From positions 1 through 64,000 of the forward strand of contig JAHIUW010000023.1 of assembly GCA_018816865.1 (NCBI GenBank): a DNA stretch of 64,000 bases. The letters are read 5' to 3'. The stretch's first letter is position 1. Each line of letters starts with the position of its first letter. Source of the stretch: Pseudomonadota bacterium (GTDB taxonomy: Bacteria > Desulfobacterota > Desulfovibrionia > Desulfovibrionales > Desulfovibrionaceae). The notes beneath the pieces are model-generated. The model saw nothing but the letters and a program-made list of their open reading frames with translations. It was not told the origin of the DNA and searched no databases. A program made the position numbers and the translations under genes. This document shows positions 36,555-48,138 of this stretch, piece after piece.

Positions 36555-38293
36555 GGTGTGTCCTCTTCGGATAGTGGCCCGCCCGGAACGATGCTGTCCC
36601 CCGCGGACCCGTGCGAGCCGGTCTTATCCGGGAGATGCTCTGCTGCGGTGCCTGTCAACGGGGGTGTCTGTGTCCCGTCTTCCTTCAACGAGGGGTCTTC
36701 AGAGGCTGGGTCATGCGCTGCTTGGGCTGTGGGCTCGGGTCCGGGGGGGGCGAGTTCCAGCTCGAAGACCCCGCAGTGCAGGGCCTCCTGTAATTCGGCC
36801 TGCATCAGGTCCGTGCCCCAGAGCACCGGGGCCTTGCCGCGCCAGCGGCGCTGGATGAAGCGCTTGAGTTCGTGGATGCCCTGGTCCCCGTCGAGTTGCC
36901 CGATGTCGTAGAGGTGCGAGGTCACGCGCGGGCCGCAGAATCCGCCCTGACACGGGCCCTTGCCCATCCGGCTGCGCAGGCCGATGGCCGTGAGGGCCGA
37001 ACGCCCGCGCATCTCGCCCAGTTCATCGACAATGGCCGTCACGGTGTCGCGCGAGACCATCTCGCATTCGCAGAGGATCACGTCGTTGCGCCGCAGGCGG
37101 TCCACCCAGGCCCGGGCCGATTCCCCCGCTCGGGTCCAGCGGCCGTTGGCCGACGGGGGCAGCGGTTCCGTGCGCGTCAGGCAGGGGGCGCTCACGTTCA
37201 GCTTGCGGCAGACCAGGTCCGTGGCCCGCTCGGCCATCAGGCGGTAGGTGGTCAGCTTGCCGCCGGTGATGGTCAGGCAGTTGTCCACCCCGAAGCGGGC
37301 ATGGTCGATCAAGTCGAAGCCCCGGCTCACGGCGCGATCGTCTCCGGCCTCGCCGTGGGAGACCAGGGGCCGGACCCCCGCATAGGCGCGCATGTAGCGG
37401 GTGCTGTCCAGCACCGGGATCATGGCCCGGGCGTCGTCGATCATGCGGTCCACCTCGGCCACGCTGGGCCGGCAGAGATCCGGGGAGTCGATGCGCACCG
37501 AGGTGGTGCCCAGGATGGAGACCGTGCCCCCGGGCACCAGGATGTCGGCGTCCGTGGGCGGGCGCAGGCGGTTGATGGCGCGCCGGGTGATGCGATCCTG
37601 GGTGATGGCCAGGGTGCCTTGGGAACAGTGGACATTGATTTCGGCCCCGGCCATGCGAGCCAGGGGGCCGGACCAGGCCCCGGCGGCGATGATCACCTGC
37701 TCGGTCTGGATGGAAAAGGGCTGGCCCGTGGTCTCGTCCATGAGCTGCACGCGGGTGATGCACGCCCCGTTACGCTCAAAGGACAGCACGCGGGCGTTGC
37801 GCCGGACCCGCGCCCCTAGGCTCAGGGCCTGGGCCAGATTGTCCAAGGAGAGCATGAACGGGTCCACGCTGGCGTCGTCCACCTCGAAGGCGGCGAACAC
37901 CCGCTCGCACAGGGCCGGCTCCAACTCCCTGGCCCGGGCCGGGTCGATTTCGCGGCAGGGCACATGGTTTTGTTCGCAGAGGACCGGAAATTGATGCGCA
38001 AAGGTCTCGTCGTCACCGTCCACGGCTACGAACAGCCCGCCGCAGTCGTCGATGCAGTGCGGGGCCAGGCGCTTCAGGAGCGCGCCCTCGTCGCGGCATT
38101 CGATTGCGGCCTCGGGATCCGAGAGTACGTAGCGTGCGCCGCTGTGCAGCAGACCGTGGTTGCCGCCCGAGGCCCCGGCATTGACGTCGCGTTGTTCGAC
38201 CACCAGGCAGGACACGCCGCGCAGGGCGAGATCCCTGGCGATGCCGGTGCCCGTGGCCCCTGCGCCGATGATCAGTACGCTGGTTTGCATCAT
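36551..38293 (-). CDS. glpA: Anaerobic glycerol-3-phosphate dehydrogenase subunit A (FAD, BFD-like [2Fe-2S]).
   Basis: VLIIGAGATGTGIARDLALRG dinucleotide fold; BFD-like CECEMV...CQGGFC; GlpA-like length and order. Confidence 0.9.
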   Translation of the reverse strand: MMQTSVLIIGAGATGTGIARDLALRGVSCLVVEQRDVNAGASGGNHGLLHSGARYVLSDPEAAIECRDEGALLKRLAPHCIDDCGGLFVAVDGDDETFAHQFPVLCEQNHVPCREIDPARARELEPALCERVFAAFEVDDASVDPFMLSLDNLAQALSLGARVRRNARVLSFERNGACITRVQLMDETTGQPFSIQTEQVIIAAGAWSGPLARMAGAEINVHCSQGTLAITQDRITRRAINRLRPPTDADILVPGGTVSILGTTSVRIDSPDLCRPSVAEVDRMIDDARAMIPVLDSTRYMRAYAGVRPLVSHGEAGDDRAVSRGFDLIDHARFGVDNCLTITGGKLTTYRLMAERATDLVCRKLNVSAPCLTRTEPLPPSANGRWTRAGESARAWVDRLRRNDVILCECEMVSRDTVTAIVDELGEMRGRSALTAIGLRSRMGKGPCQGGFCGPRVTSHLYDIGQLDGDQGIHELKRFIQRRWRGKAPVLWGTDLMQAELQEALHCGVFELELAPPGPEPTAQAAHDPASEDPSLKEDGTQTPPLTGTAAEHLPDKTGSHGSAGDSIVPGGPLSEEDTP

Positions 38294-38560
38294 CGATCTC
38301 CGGTCCTGGTCAGGCAGGACTGTTCACGCGGCTTGACGTGATGCCGGTTGCTTGATCGCGCAAACAATATTGCTTCCTCATGAACCAATATTTCTTTTCG
38401 CTTGTGACGAAAGTGTGAACGTGCTACGATTTATCCGCATTTCCGAATCTATTTTTATCTCAAATTTGGCCTTATAGTAGCGTAAAACGAACATTGCGTC
38501 ATCTGCTTTCGAGTTTGAACATAATATGACCTGTTTTCTTTCGAAAGCGAAACGAATGAC
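38294..38560. promoter_or_regulatory. AT-rich divergent glpR/glpA promoter region with repeated TTTCG...CGAAA palindromes (candidate GlpR operators).
   Basis: CTTTCGAAAG perfect palindrome; ttttcgcttgtgacgaaagtg; acgaacattgcgtcatc; cgaaagcgaaacgaa. Confidence 0.45.
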
Positions 38561-39409
38561 GTGCAGGAGTGGTGGTTGTCGAGTCATGTAGATGCGGACA
38601 GGTCCTTTGCTGGAGGCGGCAGGGCCGTTTCCCAAGGCAAGCATGCGGCGGTCAGGCGGCGGCACGAAAAGATCCTGGAACTGATCCAGGTGGGCGGGTT
38701 CGTGGCCGTGGGCGATCTGGCCGGGCGATTTTCCGTGACGCCCCAGACCATGCGTCGGGACATCAACATCCTGGCCGAACAGGGGTTGTTGCAGCGTTTT
38801 CATGGCGGGGTGGGGCCCGCGCTGTCCACGGAGAACGTGGCCTACACCGATCGCAAGATCCTCTGCCGCGACGAGAAGCGGCGCATCGCCCGGGACATGG
38901 CCCAGTTCATCCCCCCCAAATCCTCGTTGTTCATCAACATCGGCACCACCACCGAGGAAGTGGCTCAGGCCTTGATGAACCACGAGCGTCTGCGGGTGAT
39001 CACCAACAACCTGAACGTGGCCAAGATCCTGACCGGGCACTCCAATATCGAGCTCATCGTGGCCGGGGGCGTGGTTCGGCACCGCGACGGCGGGATCGTG
39101 GGCGAGGCCGCGGCGGACTTCATCCGCCAGTTCAAGGTGGATTTCGGGATCATCGGCATCAGCGGCATCGACATGGACGGCACCCTGCTGGACTACGACT
39201 ACCGCGAGGTCCGCGCGGCCAGGGCCATCATCGAGAATTCGAGAAAGGTCTTTTTGGCCACGGACCATACCAAGTTCGGGCGCAACGCCATGGTTCGCCT
39301 GGGCCATCTTTCCGAGATCGACGCATTGTTCACCAACAGGATGCCCCCGGCGGCGCTGGAGGCCGTCCTGAAGGAAGCGGAGGTCGCCCTGCATGTGGCG
39401 GGCGGGTAG
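38561..39409 (+). CDS. glpR: DeoR-family transcriptional regulator (GlpR-like). Start uncertain.
   Basis: HTH ILELIQVGGFVAVGDLAGRFSVTPQTMRRDINILAEQGLLQRFHGG, then a DeoR C-terminal sugar-phosphate-binding domain. Confidence 0.85.
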   Translation: MQEWWLSSHVDADRSFAGGGRAVSQGKHAAVRRRHEKILELIQVGGFVAVGDLAGRFSVTPQTMRRDINILAEQGLLQRFHGGVGPALSTENVAYTDRKILCRDEKRRIARDMAQFIPPKSSLFINIGTTTEEVAQALMNHERLRVITNNLNVAKILTGHSNIELIVAGGVVRHRDGGIVGEAAADFIRQFKVDFGIIGISGIDMDGTLLDYDYREVRAARAIIENSRKVFLATDHTKFGRNAMVRLGHLSEIDALFTNRMPPAALEAVLKEAEVALHVAGG

Positions 39410-39510
39410 GGACTCCCGCCCCGGCGCGCGGAACGACCGGCATATTCACGGCAATCAGGCCTCAATCCGTGCCCCTTCGGCGCGGCGGGCCACAGACTGG
39501 GAGATGACAG

Positions 39511-40593
39511 GTGGGGCTGAGACTCACGGATATCAGTAGAACCGTCGGCCAGGAGATGCATCTTGCGGATGTGAATCTTGAGCTCAAGACGGGCTCGCGG
39601 TATATCATTCTGGGGCGGACCCTGGCCGGCAAGACCTCGCTGTTGCGGATCATGGCCGGGTTGGATCGCCCGGGCACGGGGAAGGTGCTGGCGGACGACA
39701 AGGACGTGACCGGGGTCTCCGTGCGCAAGCGCGATGTGGCCATGGTCTACCAGCAGTTCATCAACTATCCCTCGCTGACCATCTATAAAAACATCGCCTC
39801 TCCCCTGAAGATCGCCGGAGTGTCCAGGGCCGAGGTCGACCGCCGTGTGCGCGAGGTCGCCAGGACCCTGCAGCTTGATCCCTTGCTGGATCGGCTGCCG
39901 GCCGAGCTGTCGGGCGGGCAGCAGCAGCGCACGGCCATTGCCCGGGCGCTGGTCAAGGAATCGCATCTGCTGCTCCTGGACGAACCCCTGGTCAACCTGG
40001 ACTACAAGCTGCGCGAGGAACTGCGCGAGGAATTGCAGCACATCTTCATGGAGCGCGAATCCATCGTGGTCTACACCACCACCGAGCCCACCGAAGCCCT
40101 GATGATGGGCGGCAACGTCGTGGTCATGGACCAGGGGCGCATCCTGCAGATCGGCAAGACCACCGAGGTCTTCAACCACCCGCGGAACATGAAGGTGGCC
40201 GAGGTCTTCAGCGATCCGCCCATGAATTTCATCCCGGCTCGGATCGTGGACGGCCAGGCCCGCCTGAGCGCCTGCATGCAGGCACCTCTGGTGGGCGGTT
40301 TGCAGGGGCTGACCCCCGGTGAATACACCTTTGGCGTACGAGCCAGCCGGGTGTTCCTGAACCAGCGGCACGAGTCGGACATCAGCCTGTGCGGAGAGGT
40401 TGCGCTGAGCGAGATCAACGGCTCGGAGACCTTCATCCACGTGGGCTGCGGCAGGATCAAGCTGGTGGCTCAGGAGGACGGAATCCACGGGATCAAGGGC
40501 GGCAGCAACCTGCCCCTGTTCATCAACCCTGAGGACTTTTACGTCTTTGACGCGAACGGCGATCTGCTGATTGCCCCGACCGCGATGGACTAA
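39511..40593 (+). CDS. ABC ATPase paralogue with a degenerate Walker A (GlpS-like); first of two ATPases in a glycerol-type ABC importer.
   Basis: GRTLAGKTS in place of GxxGxGKST. LSGGQQQR and LLLDEP retained. MalK-like C-terminal domain. Confidence 0.8.
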   Translation: MGLRLTDISRTVGQEMHLADVNLELKTGSRYIILGRTLAGKTSLLRIMAGLDRPGTGKVLADDKDVTGVSVRKRDVAMVYQQFINYPSLTIYKNIASPLKIAGVSRAEVDRRVREVARTLQLDPLLDRLPAELSGGQQQRTAIARALVKESHLLLLDEPLVNLDYKLREELREELQHIFMERESIVVYTTTEPTEALMMGGNVVVMDQGRILQIGKTTEVFNHPRNMKVAEVFSDPPMNFIPARIVDGQARLSACMQAPLVGGLQGLTPGEYTFGVRASRVFLNQRHESDISLCGEVALSEINGSETFIHVGCGRIKLVAQEDGIHGIKGGSNLPLFINPEDFYVFDANGDLLIAPTAMD

Positions 40594-40606
40594 GCGGAGG
40601 CCGACA

Positions 40607-41692
40607 GTGGCGCGAATCGACCTGGTAGAGGTGGCGCACAGCTACCACCCCCGGCCCAAGGGCCCTGAAGATTTCGTCTTCAAGCGCATCCACACCACCT
40701 GGGAGGACGGCGGGGCCTATGCCCTGCTCGGCCCTTCCGGATGCGGCAAGACCACCATGCTCAACCTGATCTCGGGCCTGCTGGCCCCGTCGCACGGCAA
40801 GATCCTCTACGACGAGCGCGATGTGACCCGCCTGCCGCCCGAGCAGCGCAACATCGCCCAGGTCTTCCAGTTCCCGGTGCTCTACGACACGATGAGCGTC
40901 TACAACAATCTGGCCTTCCCCCTGCGCAACCGCGGAATGAGCGAGACCGAGGTCAGGGAGCGCGTGGGCATCGTGGCCGAGATCCTGGGCCTGTCCGCCG
41001 ACCTGGACAAGCGTGCGGCCGGGCTGGCCGCCGATGCCAAGCAGAAGATATCGCTCGGTCGGGGGTTGGTGCGCAGCGACGTGGCGGCCATTCTGTTCGA
41101 CGAGCCCTTGACCGTCATCGATCCGCACCTGAAGTGGCAACTTCGCAGGAGTCTGAAGGAGATCCACAAGGAATTCGGGCTGACCATGATCTATGTGACC
41201 CACGACCAGGTGGAGGCCATGACCTTCGCCGACAAGGTCGTGATCATGTACGACGGTGAACTGGTCCAGACCGGGGCCCCCGACGAGCTGTTCGAGACAC
41301 CGGAACACACCTTTGTGGGCTATTTCATCGGCAGTCCGGGCATGAATTTCATGGACTGCACCCTGGAGGGTGGCGTGGCCCACGCCAATGGTTCAGCGAT
41401 CCCCGTGGACGCCGAGTACGCGGCCCGGGCACAGGCCACGGGCAGTTCCCTGAAGATGGGCATCCGCCCCATGTACCTGGAGGTGCGCGAGTCCGAGGTC
41501 ACGGGCAGCGTCCCGGGCCGGGTGACCCATGTCGAGGATCAGGGGCACTGCAAGATCGTCACGATCAAGCTGGGCGAATTGACCCTCAAGGCGCGCATCA
41601 TGGACGGCCGGGCCATTCCCGCCGGGAGCTGCCACCTGGTGTTTCCGCCTGAAAAGATCAAATTCTTCGCTGATGACCGGCTGGTGAAATAA
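40607..41692 (+). CDS. Canonical ABC ATPase (GlpT/UgpC/MalK-like). GTG start with GGAGG RBS; the track ORF starts at 40571.
   Basis: GPSGCGKTT, LGRGLV, FDEPL; C-terminal TOBE/MalK regulatory domain. Confidence 0.85.
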   Translation: MARIDLVEVAHSYHPRPKGPEDFVFKRIHTTWEDGGAYALLGPSGCGKTTMLNLISGLLAPSHGKILYDERDVTRLPPEQRNIAQVFQFPVLYDTMSVYNNLAFPLRNRGMSETEVRERVGIVAEILGLSADLDKRAAGLAADAKQKISLGRGLVRSDVAAILFDEPLTVIDPHLKWQLRRSLKEIHKEFGLTMIYVTHDQVEAMTFADKVVIMYDGELVQTGAPDELFETPEHTFVGYFIGSPGMNFMDCTLEGGVAHANGSAIPVDAEYAARAQATGSSLKMGIRPMYLEVRESEVTGSVPGRVTHVEDQGHCKIVTIKLGELTLKARIMDGRAIPAGSCHLVFPPEKIKFFADDRLVK

Positions 41693-41703
41693 CGGAGACC
41701 GAT

Positions 41704-42573
41704 ATGGAAAAATGGGAAAGCAACAAGGCCTGGTTCCTGATCCTGCCCGTCATCGTCATCGTGGCCTTTTCAGCCATCATCCCCCTGATGACGGTGGTCA
41801 ACTACTCGGTCCAGGACATCTTCGGACCCGGGCAGCGGATGTTCATCGGCACCGAATGGTTCAAGGATGTCCTCTCGGACACGCGCCTGCACGACGCCTT
41901 GGGGCGTCAGCTGATGTTCTCGGGTCTGGTGCTGCTGATCGAGATGCCGCTGGGGGTGCTCATCGCCCTGGGCATGCCCAAGAAGGGCTGGGGCTCGTCC
42001 CTGTGTCTGGTGCTGCTGGCCCTGCCGCTGCTCATCCCCTGGAACGTCATTGGCACCATCTGGATCATCTTCACCCGGCCCGACATCGGGCTGTTCGGCG
42101 CGACCATCAATTACCTGGGACTGAGTTTCGACCATACGGCCCATGCCCTGGATGCCTGGGTCACGGTGATGCTGATGGAGGTCTGGCACTGGACGCCGCT
42201 GGTGGCTTTGTTGGCCTACGCGGGCCTGCGGGCCATCCCCGACGCCTTCTATCAGGCCGCCAAGATCGACGGTGCGTCCCGCCTGGCCGTGTTTTGCTAC
42301 ATCGAACTGCCCAAGATGCGCGGGGTGCTGACCATCGCGCTGCTCTTGCGGTTCATGGACAGTTTCCTGATCTATGCCGAGCCCTTTGTGCTCACTGGCG
42401 GCGGCCCCGGCAACGCCACCACCTTCTTGTCCATCTATCTGGTCAAGGTCGCGGTGGGGCAGTTCGACCTGGGCCCGGCGGCGGCCTTCTCGCTGATCTA
42501 CTTCCTGATCGTGCTGCTGTTCTGTTTCCTGTTCTATCAAGCCCTGCAGTCCGTCGGGAAGGGGGAGCGCTGA
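41704..42573 (+). CDS. ABC importer permease (GlpP/UgpA-like).
   Basis: Six-TM MetI family permease. Confidence 0.85.
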   Translation: MEKWESNKAWFLILPVIVIVAFSAIIPLMTVVNYSVQDIFGPGQRMFIGTEWFKDVLSDTRLHDALGRQLMFSGLVLLIEMPLGVLIALGMPKKGWGSSLCLVLLALPLLIPWNVIGTIWIIFTRPDIGLFGATINYLGLSFDHTAHALDAWVTVMLMEVWHWTPLVALLAYAGLRAIPDAFYQAAKIDGASRLAVFCYIELPKMRGVLTIALLLRFMDSFLIYAEPFVLTGGGPGNATTFLSIYLVKVAVGQFDLGPAAAFSLIYFLIVLLFCFLFYQALQSVGKGER

Positions 42574-42574
42574 G

Positions 42575-43378
42575 ATGAAAATCAAGAAGAAATACTTCGT
42601 CCTGGGCTTCTATCTGCTGTTGTTGATGCTGCCCATCTACTGGATGCTGAACATGAGTCTGCGGACCAATGCGGATATCCTGGGCCATTTCGCCCTGTAC
42701 CCCAGCGAGCCCACCCTGGCCAACTATATGAAGATCTTCGGGGACCCGTCGTGGTATTCGGGCTATATCAATTCCATCATCTACGTCAGCATCAACACCG
42801 CGATCTCGTTGTTCACGGCGCTGCCCGCGGCCTACGCCTTTTCGCGCTACCGTTTCATCGGCGACAAGCACGTCTTCTTCTGGCTGTTGACCAACCGCAT
42901 GGCCCCGCCGGCGGTCTTTCTGCTGCCGTTCTTCCAGCTCTATTCCACCTTCGGGCTCATCGACACCCACATCGCCGTGGCCCTGGCCCACTGTCTGTTC
43001 AACGTGCCCCTGGCGGTCTGGATCCTGGAAGGCTTCATGTCCGGGGTGCCCAAGGAGATCGACGAGACCGCCTTCATCGACGGTTACAGCTTCCCGCGCT
43101 TCTTCCTGACGGTTTTCATCCCGCTGATCCGGGCCGGCATCGGCGTGACCGCATTCTTCTGCTTCATGTTCAGCTGGGTGGAGCTGCTCCTGGCGCGGAC
43201 CCTGACCACCACCAACGCCAAGCCCATCGCCGCCATCATGACCCGCACCGTGAGCGCCTCGGGTTTGGACTGGGGCCTGTTGGCCGCGGCGGGGATCCTG
43301 ACAATCGTGCCCGGGGCATTGGTGATCTGGTTCGTGCGCAATCATCTGGCCAAGGGCTTTGCCCTGGGCCGGGTCTAA
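42575..43378 (+). CDS. ABC importer permease (GlpQ/UgpE-like).
   Basis: Six-TM MetI family permease; translationally coupled. Confidence 0.85.
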   Translation: MKIKKKYFVLGFYLLLLMLPIYWMLNMSLRTNADILGHFALYPSEPTLANYMKIFGDPSWYSGYINSIIYVSINTAISLFTALPAAYAFSRYRFIGDKHVFFWLLTNRMAPPAVFLLPFFQLYSTFGLIDTHIAVALAHCLFNVPLAVWILEGFMSGVPKEIDETAFIDGYSFPRFFLTVFIPLIRAGIGVTAFFCFMFSWVELLLARTLTTTNAKPIAAIMTRTVSASGLDWGLLAAAGILTIVPGALVIWFVRNHLAKGFALGRV

Positions 43379-43396
43379 CCCCCAAGGAGCACCATC

Positions 43397-43675
43397 ATGC
43401 AACTCGAATGGATGGCCTGGACTCCGGTGACCGCGGGGTTCTTCATCGTGATCGTGGTCATGCTCATCGGCATGACAACCTGGGAGGTCGTTTCCCCCAA
43501 TATCGAACGCAAGGGCTTCTTGCCCATCGCCACCACCCGTGGGGATCGCCTGTTCATCGGGCTGCTTGGCAGCGCCTATATCCATCTGGCCTGGATCGGC
43601 CTGACGGATCTGAGTCTTTGGATCGCCACTGTCATCTCGGTTGGGTTCATGGTCGGTCTGATGCGTTGGGGCTAG
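43397..43675 (+). CDS. DUF2160-family small membrane protein (GlpU-like).
   Basis: 92 aa, two TM helices; WEVVSPNIERKGFLPIATTRGDRLFIGLL is typical of DUF2160 proteins found in glycerol ABC loci. Confidence 0.65.
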   Translation: MQLEWMAWTPVTAGFFIVIVVMLIGMTTWEVVSPNIERKGFLPIATTRGDRLFIGLLGSAYIHLAWIGLTDLSLWIATVISVGFMVGLMRWG

Positions 43676-43766
43676 GCCCCGACGCCATGCAGAGCCGACG
43701 AAGAGGGACAGGGGGTCCTGTTGTTAACGGGAGTCTGTACGAAACGTGCAAACGAGGAGGATGATC

Positions 43767-45506
<1,740 letters not shown>

Positions 45507-45528
45507 GAACGATCAACTGAACCAAGCA

Positions 45529-45559
45529 AGGGCGCTCCCGCGAGGGGGCGCCCTTTTTG
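45529..45559 (+). terminator. Intrinsic terminator after the SBP gene.
   Basis: GGGCGCtcccgcgagggGGCGCCC followed by TTTTT. Confidence 0.8.
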
Positions 45560-45824
45560 CTGGCGTCGCATCTGCAACGCGGCCTTCGGATCGTCGCCGG
45601 GGGCTTGAAGAACATGGTTTCCGGGTATAGAATTGAAGCGATGCGTTGTGTCCCGGGCCAGGGACCGCAGCGCGCGGCCTTGTTCTGCTCCACCCTTCCG
45701 CCGGGCCTGTCCGGCGACCTCCTTCTCCGTCTGCCCACTGCGCCCGCCCGCTGATCGCTGTGTGCCAGATCTTTAAGTCTCTTTGGCCGGAGCATGGATT
45801 GCGGTTCTAAGAAGGAGGTGCGCC

Positions 45825-46844
45825 ATGAGTACCGTCCCCGATGCGGCCCAGGAACTGCCGAGTGTCGACGCCCTGCGCCAGGCCCTCAAACCGTATGCCA
45901 AACCTGCCTTGGCACCCGCCCTGTGGCAGTTGTCCAGCACCTTGGGGGCCTATCTGGCCCTGTGGGTGCTGATGGCCGTGTTCGTGCGCTACGATCTGCC
46001 CTTCTGGGCGTTCATCGTGCCCGTGGCTTTGGCCGCGGGGCTGCTGGTGCGGCTGTTCATCTTCTTCCACGACTGCACCCACAGTTCGTTTCTGCCCTCA
46101 CGCCGGGCCAACCGCTTGGTGGGCTATCTGACCGGAGTGTTGACCTTCACGCCCTTCGAATCCTGGGGGCGGGCGCATCTGGTGCACCACGGCACCTACG
46201 CAGACCTGGACCGGCGGGGTCAGGGCGACATCTGGACCCTGACGGTGGAGGAATACAGGGCGGCACCCTGGTACAAGCGTCTGGGCTACCGCTTGTTCCG
46301 CAACCCGTTGGTCTTTCTGGGGGTCGGCCCGGCCTATCAGTTCCTGATCGTCAACCGGCTGTACGTCAAGGGCCAGGGGGCCAAGGAGCGGCGCAGTGTG
46401 AACATCACCAATGCGCTGATCCTGGCCATGATCGCCCTTGGGGGCTGGACCGTGGGCTGGGGGGCCTATTTCGCCCTGCAACTGGCCGTGATGCTCATGG
46501 CCGGGGTCCTGGGCGTCTGGCTGTTCTATGTGCAGCATCAGTTCGAGGGCGGCTATTGGGCGCGCCACGAGCAGTGGGACCCGGTGGCCGCGGCCCTGAA
46601 GGGCTGCTCGTACTATAAGCTGCCCCGGGTCTTGCAATGGATTTCCGGCAATATCGGGTTGCACCATGTGCACCACCTGCTGCCGCGCATCCCCAACTAT
46701 CGGCTGCAAGAGTGTTATGACGAGGTGCCCGTGCTGCAACAGGTCGCGCCCCTGACCCTGCGCGCAAGCCTCAAGTCCCTGTGGCTCAACCTCTGGGATG
46801 AGCAACGTGAGCGGCTGGTCAGTTTCCGTTCGTTGAAGGCCTAG
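45825..46844 (+). CDS. Membrane fatty-acid desaturase (di-iron, three His boxes).
   Basis: HDCTHSS, HLVHHGTYADLD and HHVHHL; GAAGGAGG RBS. Confidence 0.85.
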   Translation: MSTVPDAAQELPSVDALRQALKPYAKPALAPALWQLSSTLGAYLALWVLMAVFVRYDLPFWAFIVPVALAAGLLVRLFIFFHDCTHSSFLPSRRANRLVGYLTGVLTFTPFESWGRAHLVHHGTYADLDRRGQGDIWTLTVEEYRAAPWYKRLGYRLFRNPLVFLGVGPAYQFLIVNRLYVKGQGAKERRSVNITNALILAMIALGGWTVGWGAYFALQLAVMLMAGVLGVWLFYVQHQFEGGYWARHEQWDPVAAALKGCSYYKLPRVLQWISGNIGLHHVHHLLPRIPNYRLQECYDEVPVLQQVAPLTLRASLKSLWLNLWDEQRERLVSFRSLKA

Positions 46845-46897
46845 GCCGTACCGCGGCGACGGAAGAGGGCCTCGCCGCTTGTTGCCTGGAGTGGAGT

Positions 46898-47444
46898 CTA
46901 ATCCTGTCGTGCAGAGGGATCTGGGAGCGGTTCATCCTGTGGCAAGGCGGTGTCCTTGTCTCCCTCGGGCGCATGGACCGGCGTGGCGTTCTGTGCGGTT
47001 GCCGGGGCGCCCTTGGCAGCGGAACGCTTGTACATGATTCGGCCCACGATTCCGGCGATGACAGTGGTGCCGATGACGATGCCCATTTTAGTCGCTCCAA
47101 TAGTTGCGGTTACTGCCCAAGGTCGGCGGGGCTTCACCATGCTCATGGCGGGCCTTCACGTAGCGCTTCCAGCCCGGACAGAACGAGGTGTGCCAGACCC
47201 AGAGCTTGCCCAGGAATGAAAACGGTGATTTGTCTGCCAGGCGTCTGAAGGGGCAGGCATCGCACGACATCTTGGGGCAGGGGCTCGATTGTGGCGTGTC
47301 GGTCATGGCCTGTCTCCCTGGGGTCGAGGTGTTTCGCGCTGATCGCCGTGGCGGCGCCCAATGACCCTTGGGCTTGTTGCGAATTGGTTGGAAATCTCTT
47401 TGGTCACGGGGAATGGCGGACCATGAAGGGGGCGACGTCTGCAC
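46898..47444 (-). CDS. One or two small ORFs (Cys-containing MSCDACPF...; membrane-anchored MSMVKP...). Possibly a frameshifted single small protein.
   Basis: Only ORF evidence; the overlapping frames 47088-47444 and 46898-47146 are both minus strand. Confidence 0.25.
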
Positions 47445-47481
47445 CGTGCGGCATCACCCGCGCCGGGTTGGCATCGGGCCC

Positions 47482-48102
47482 TTAGCGGTCGGCCAGGGCC
47501 AGCCGGATCCCGAAGTAGAGCATCATCCCGCCCAGGGCCTTGGTCAGCAGCCCCTGCACCCGGGACAGGCCCGCCTTGACGCGCGGGTTGGTGACCACGG
47601 TGCCCAGGAACAGAAACCAGCCCGTGACCACGACGACGCTTTCGGCCCCGTAGAGCAGGCGGATGCCGCGGGGTGTGTCCGGTGTCAGAATCACGCTGAA
47701 CAGGGCGATGTAGAACAGCGGGGCCTTGGGGTTGAGCAGGTTGCACAGGAACCCTTGGCGGAAGGCTTCGCGTGCGGGCAAATCCCTGGGCTCGCGCGGC
47801 ACGTCACAGGGCTGCGGGCCGCCGCCCTTGGCCAGCAGGCTGCGGATGCCCAGCCAGCAGAGGTAGGCCGCGCCCAGGTACTTGATGATGGTGAAGGCCA
47901 GGATGGACTTGGAGATGATCACGGCCAGGCCAAGCAGGCTGTAGGTGGTGTGGACAATGAGGCTCGCACCGATGCCCAGGGCCGTCAGCCAGGCGCTCTT
48001 GCGGCTGTAGAGCATGGAATTCTTGATCATCACGGCAAAGTCGGCGCCGGGTGCCATGGCCCCCAGCAGGAAGAACAGGGTCACGCCGAGAAATTCCATC
48101 AT
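47482..48102 (-). CDS. LysE/RhtB-family amino-acid exporter.
   Basis: 206 aa, six TM; GAMAPGADFA N-terminal motif of the RhtB/LeuE family. Confidence 0.8.
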   Translation of the reverse strand: MMEFLGVTLFFLLGAMAPGADFAVMIKNSMLYSRKSAWLTALGIGASLIVHTTYSLLGLAVIISKSILAFTIIKYLGAAYLCWLGIRSLLAKGGGPQPCDVPREPRDLPAREAFRQGFLCNLLNPKAPLFYIALFSVILTPDTPRGIRLLYGAESVVVVTGWFLFLGTVVTNPRVKAGLSRVQGLLTKALGGMMLYFGIRLALADR

Positions 48103-48138
48103 GTCGCTGTACCTCGAAAAGCGGGATTGTGGAGCACC

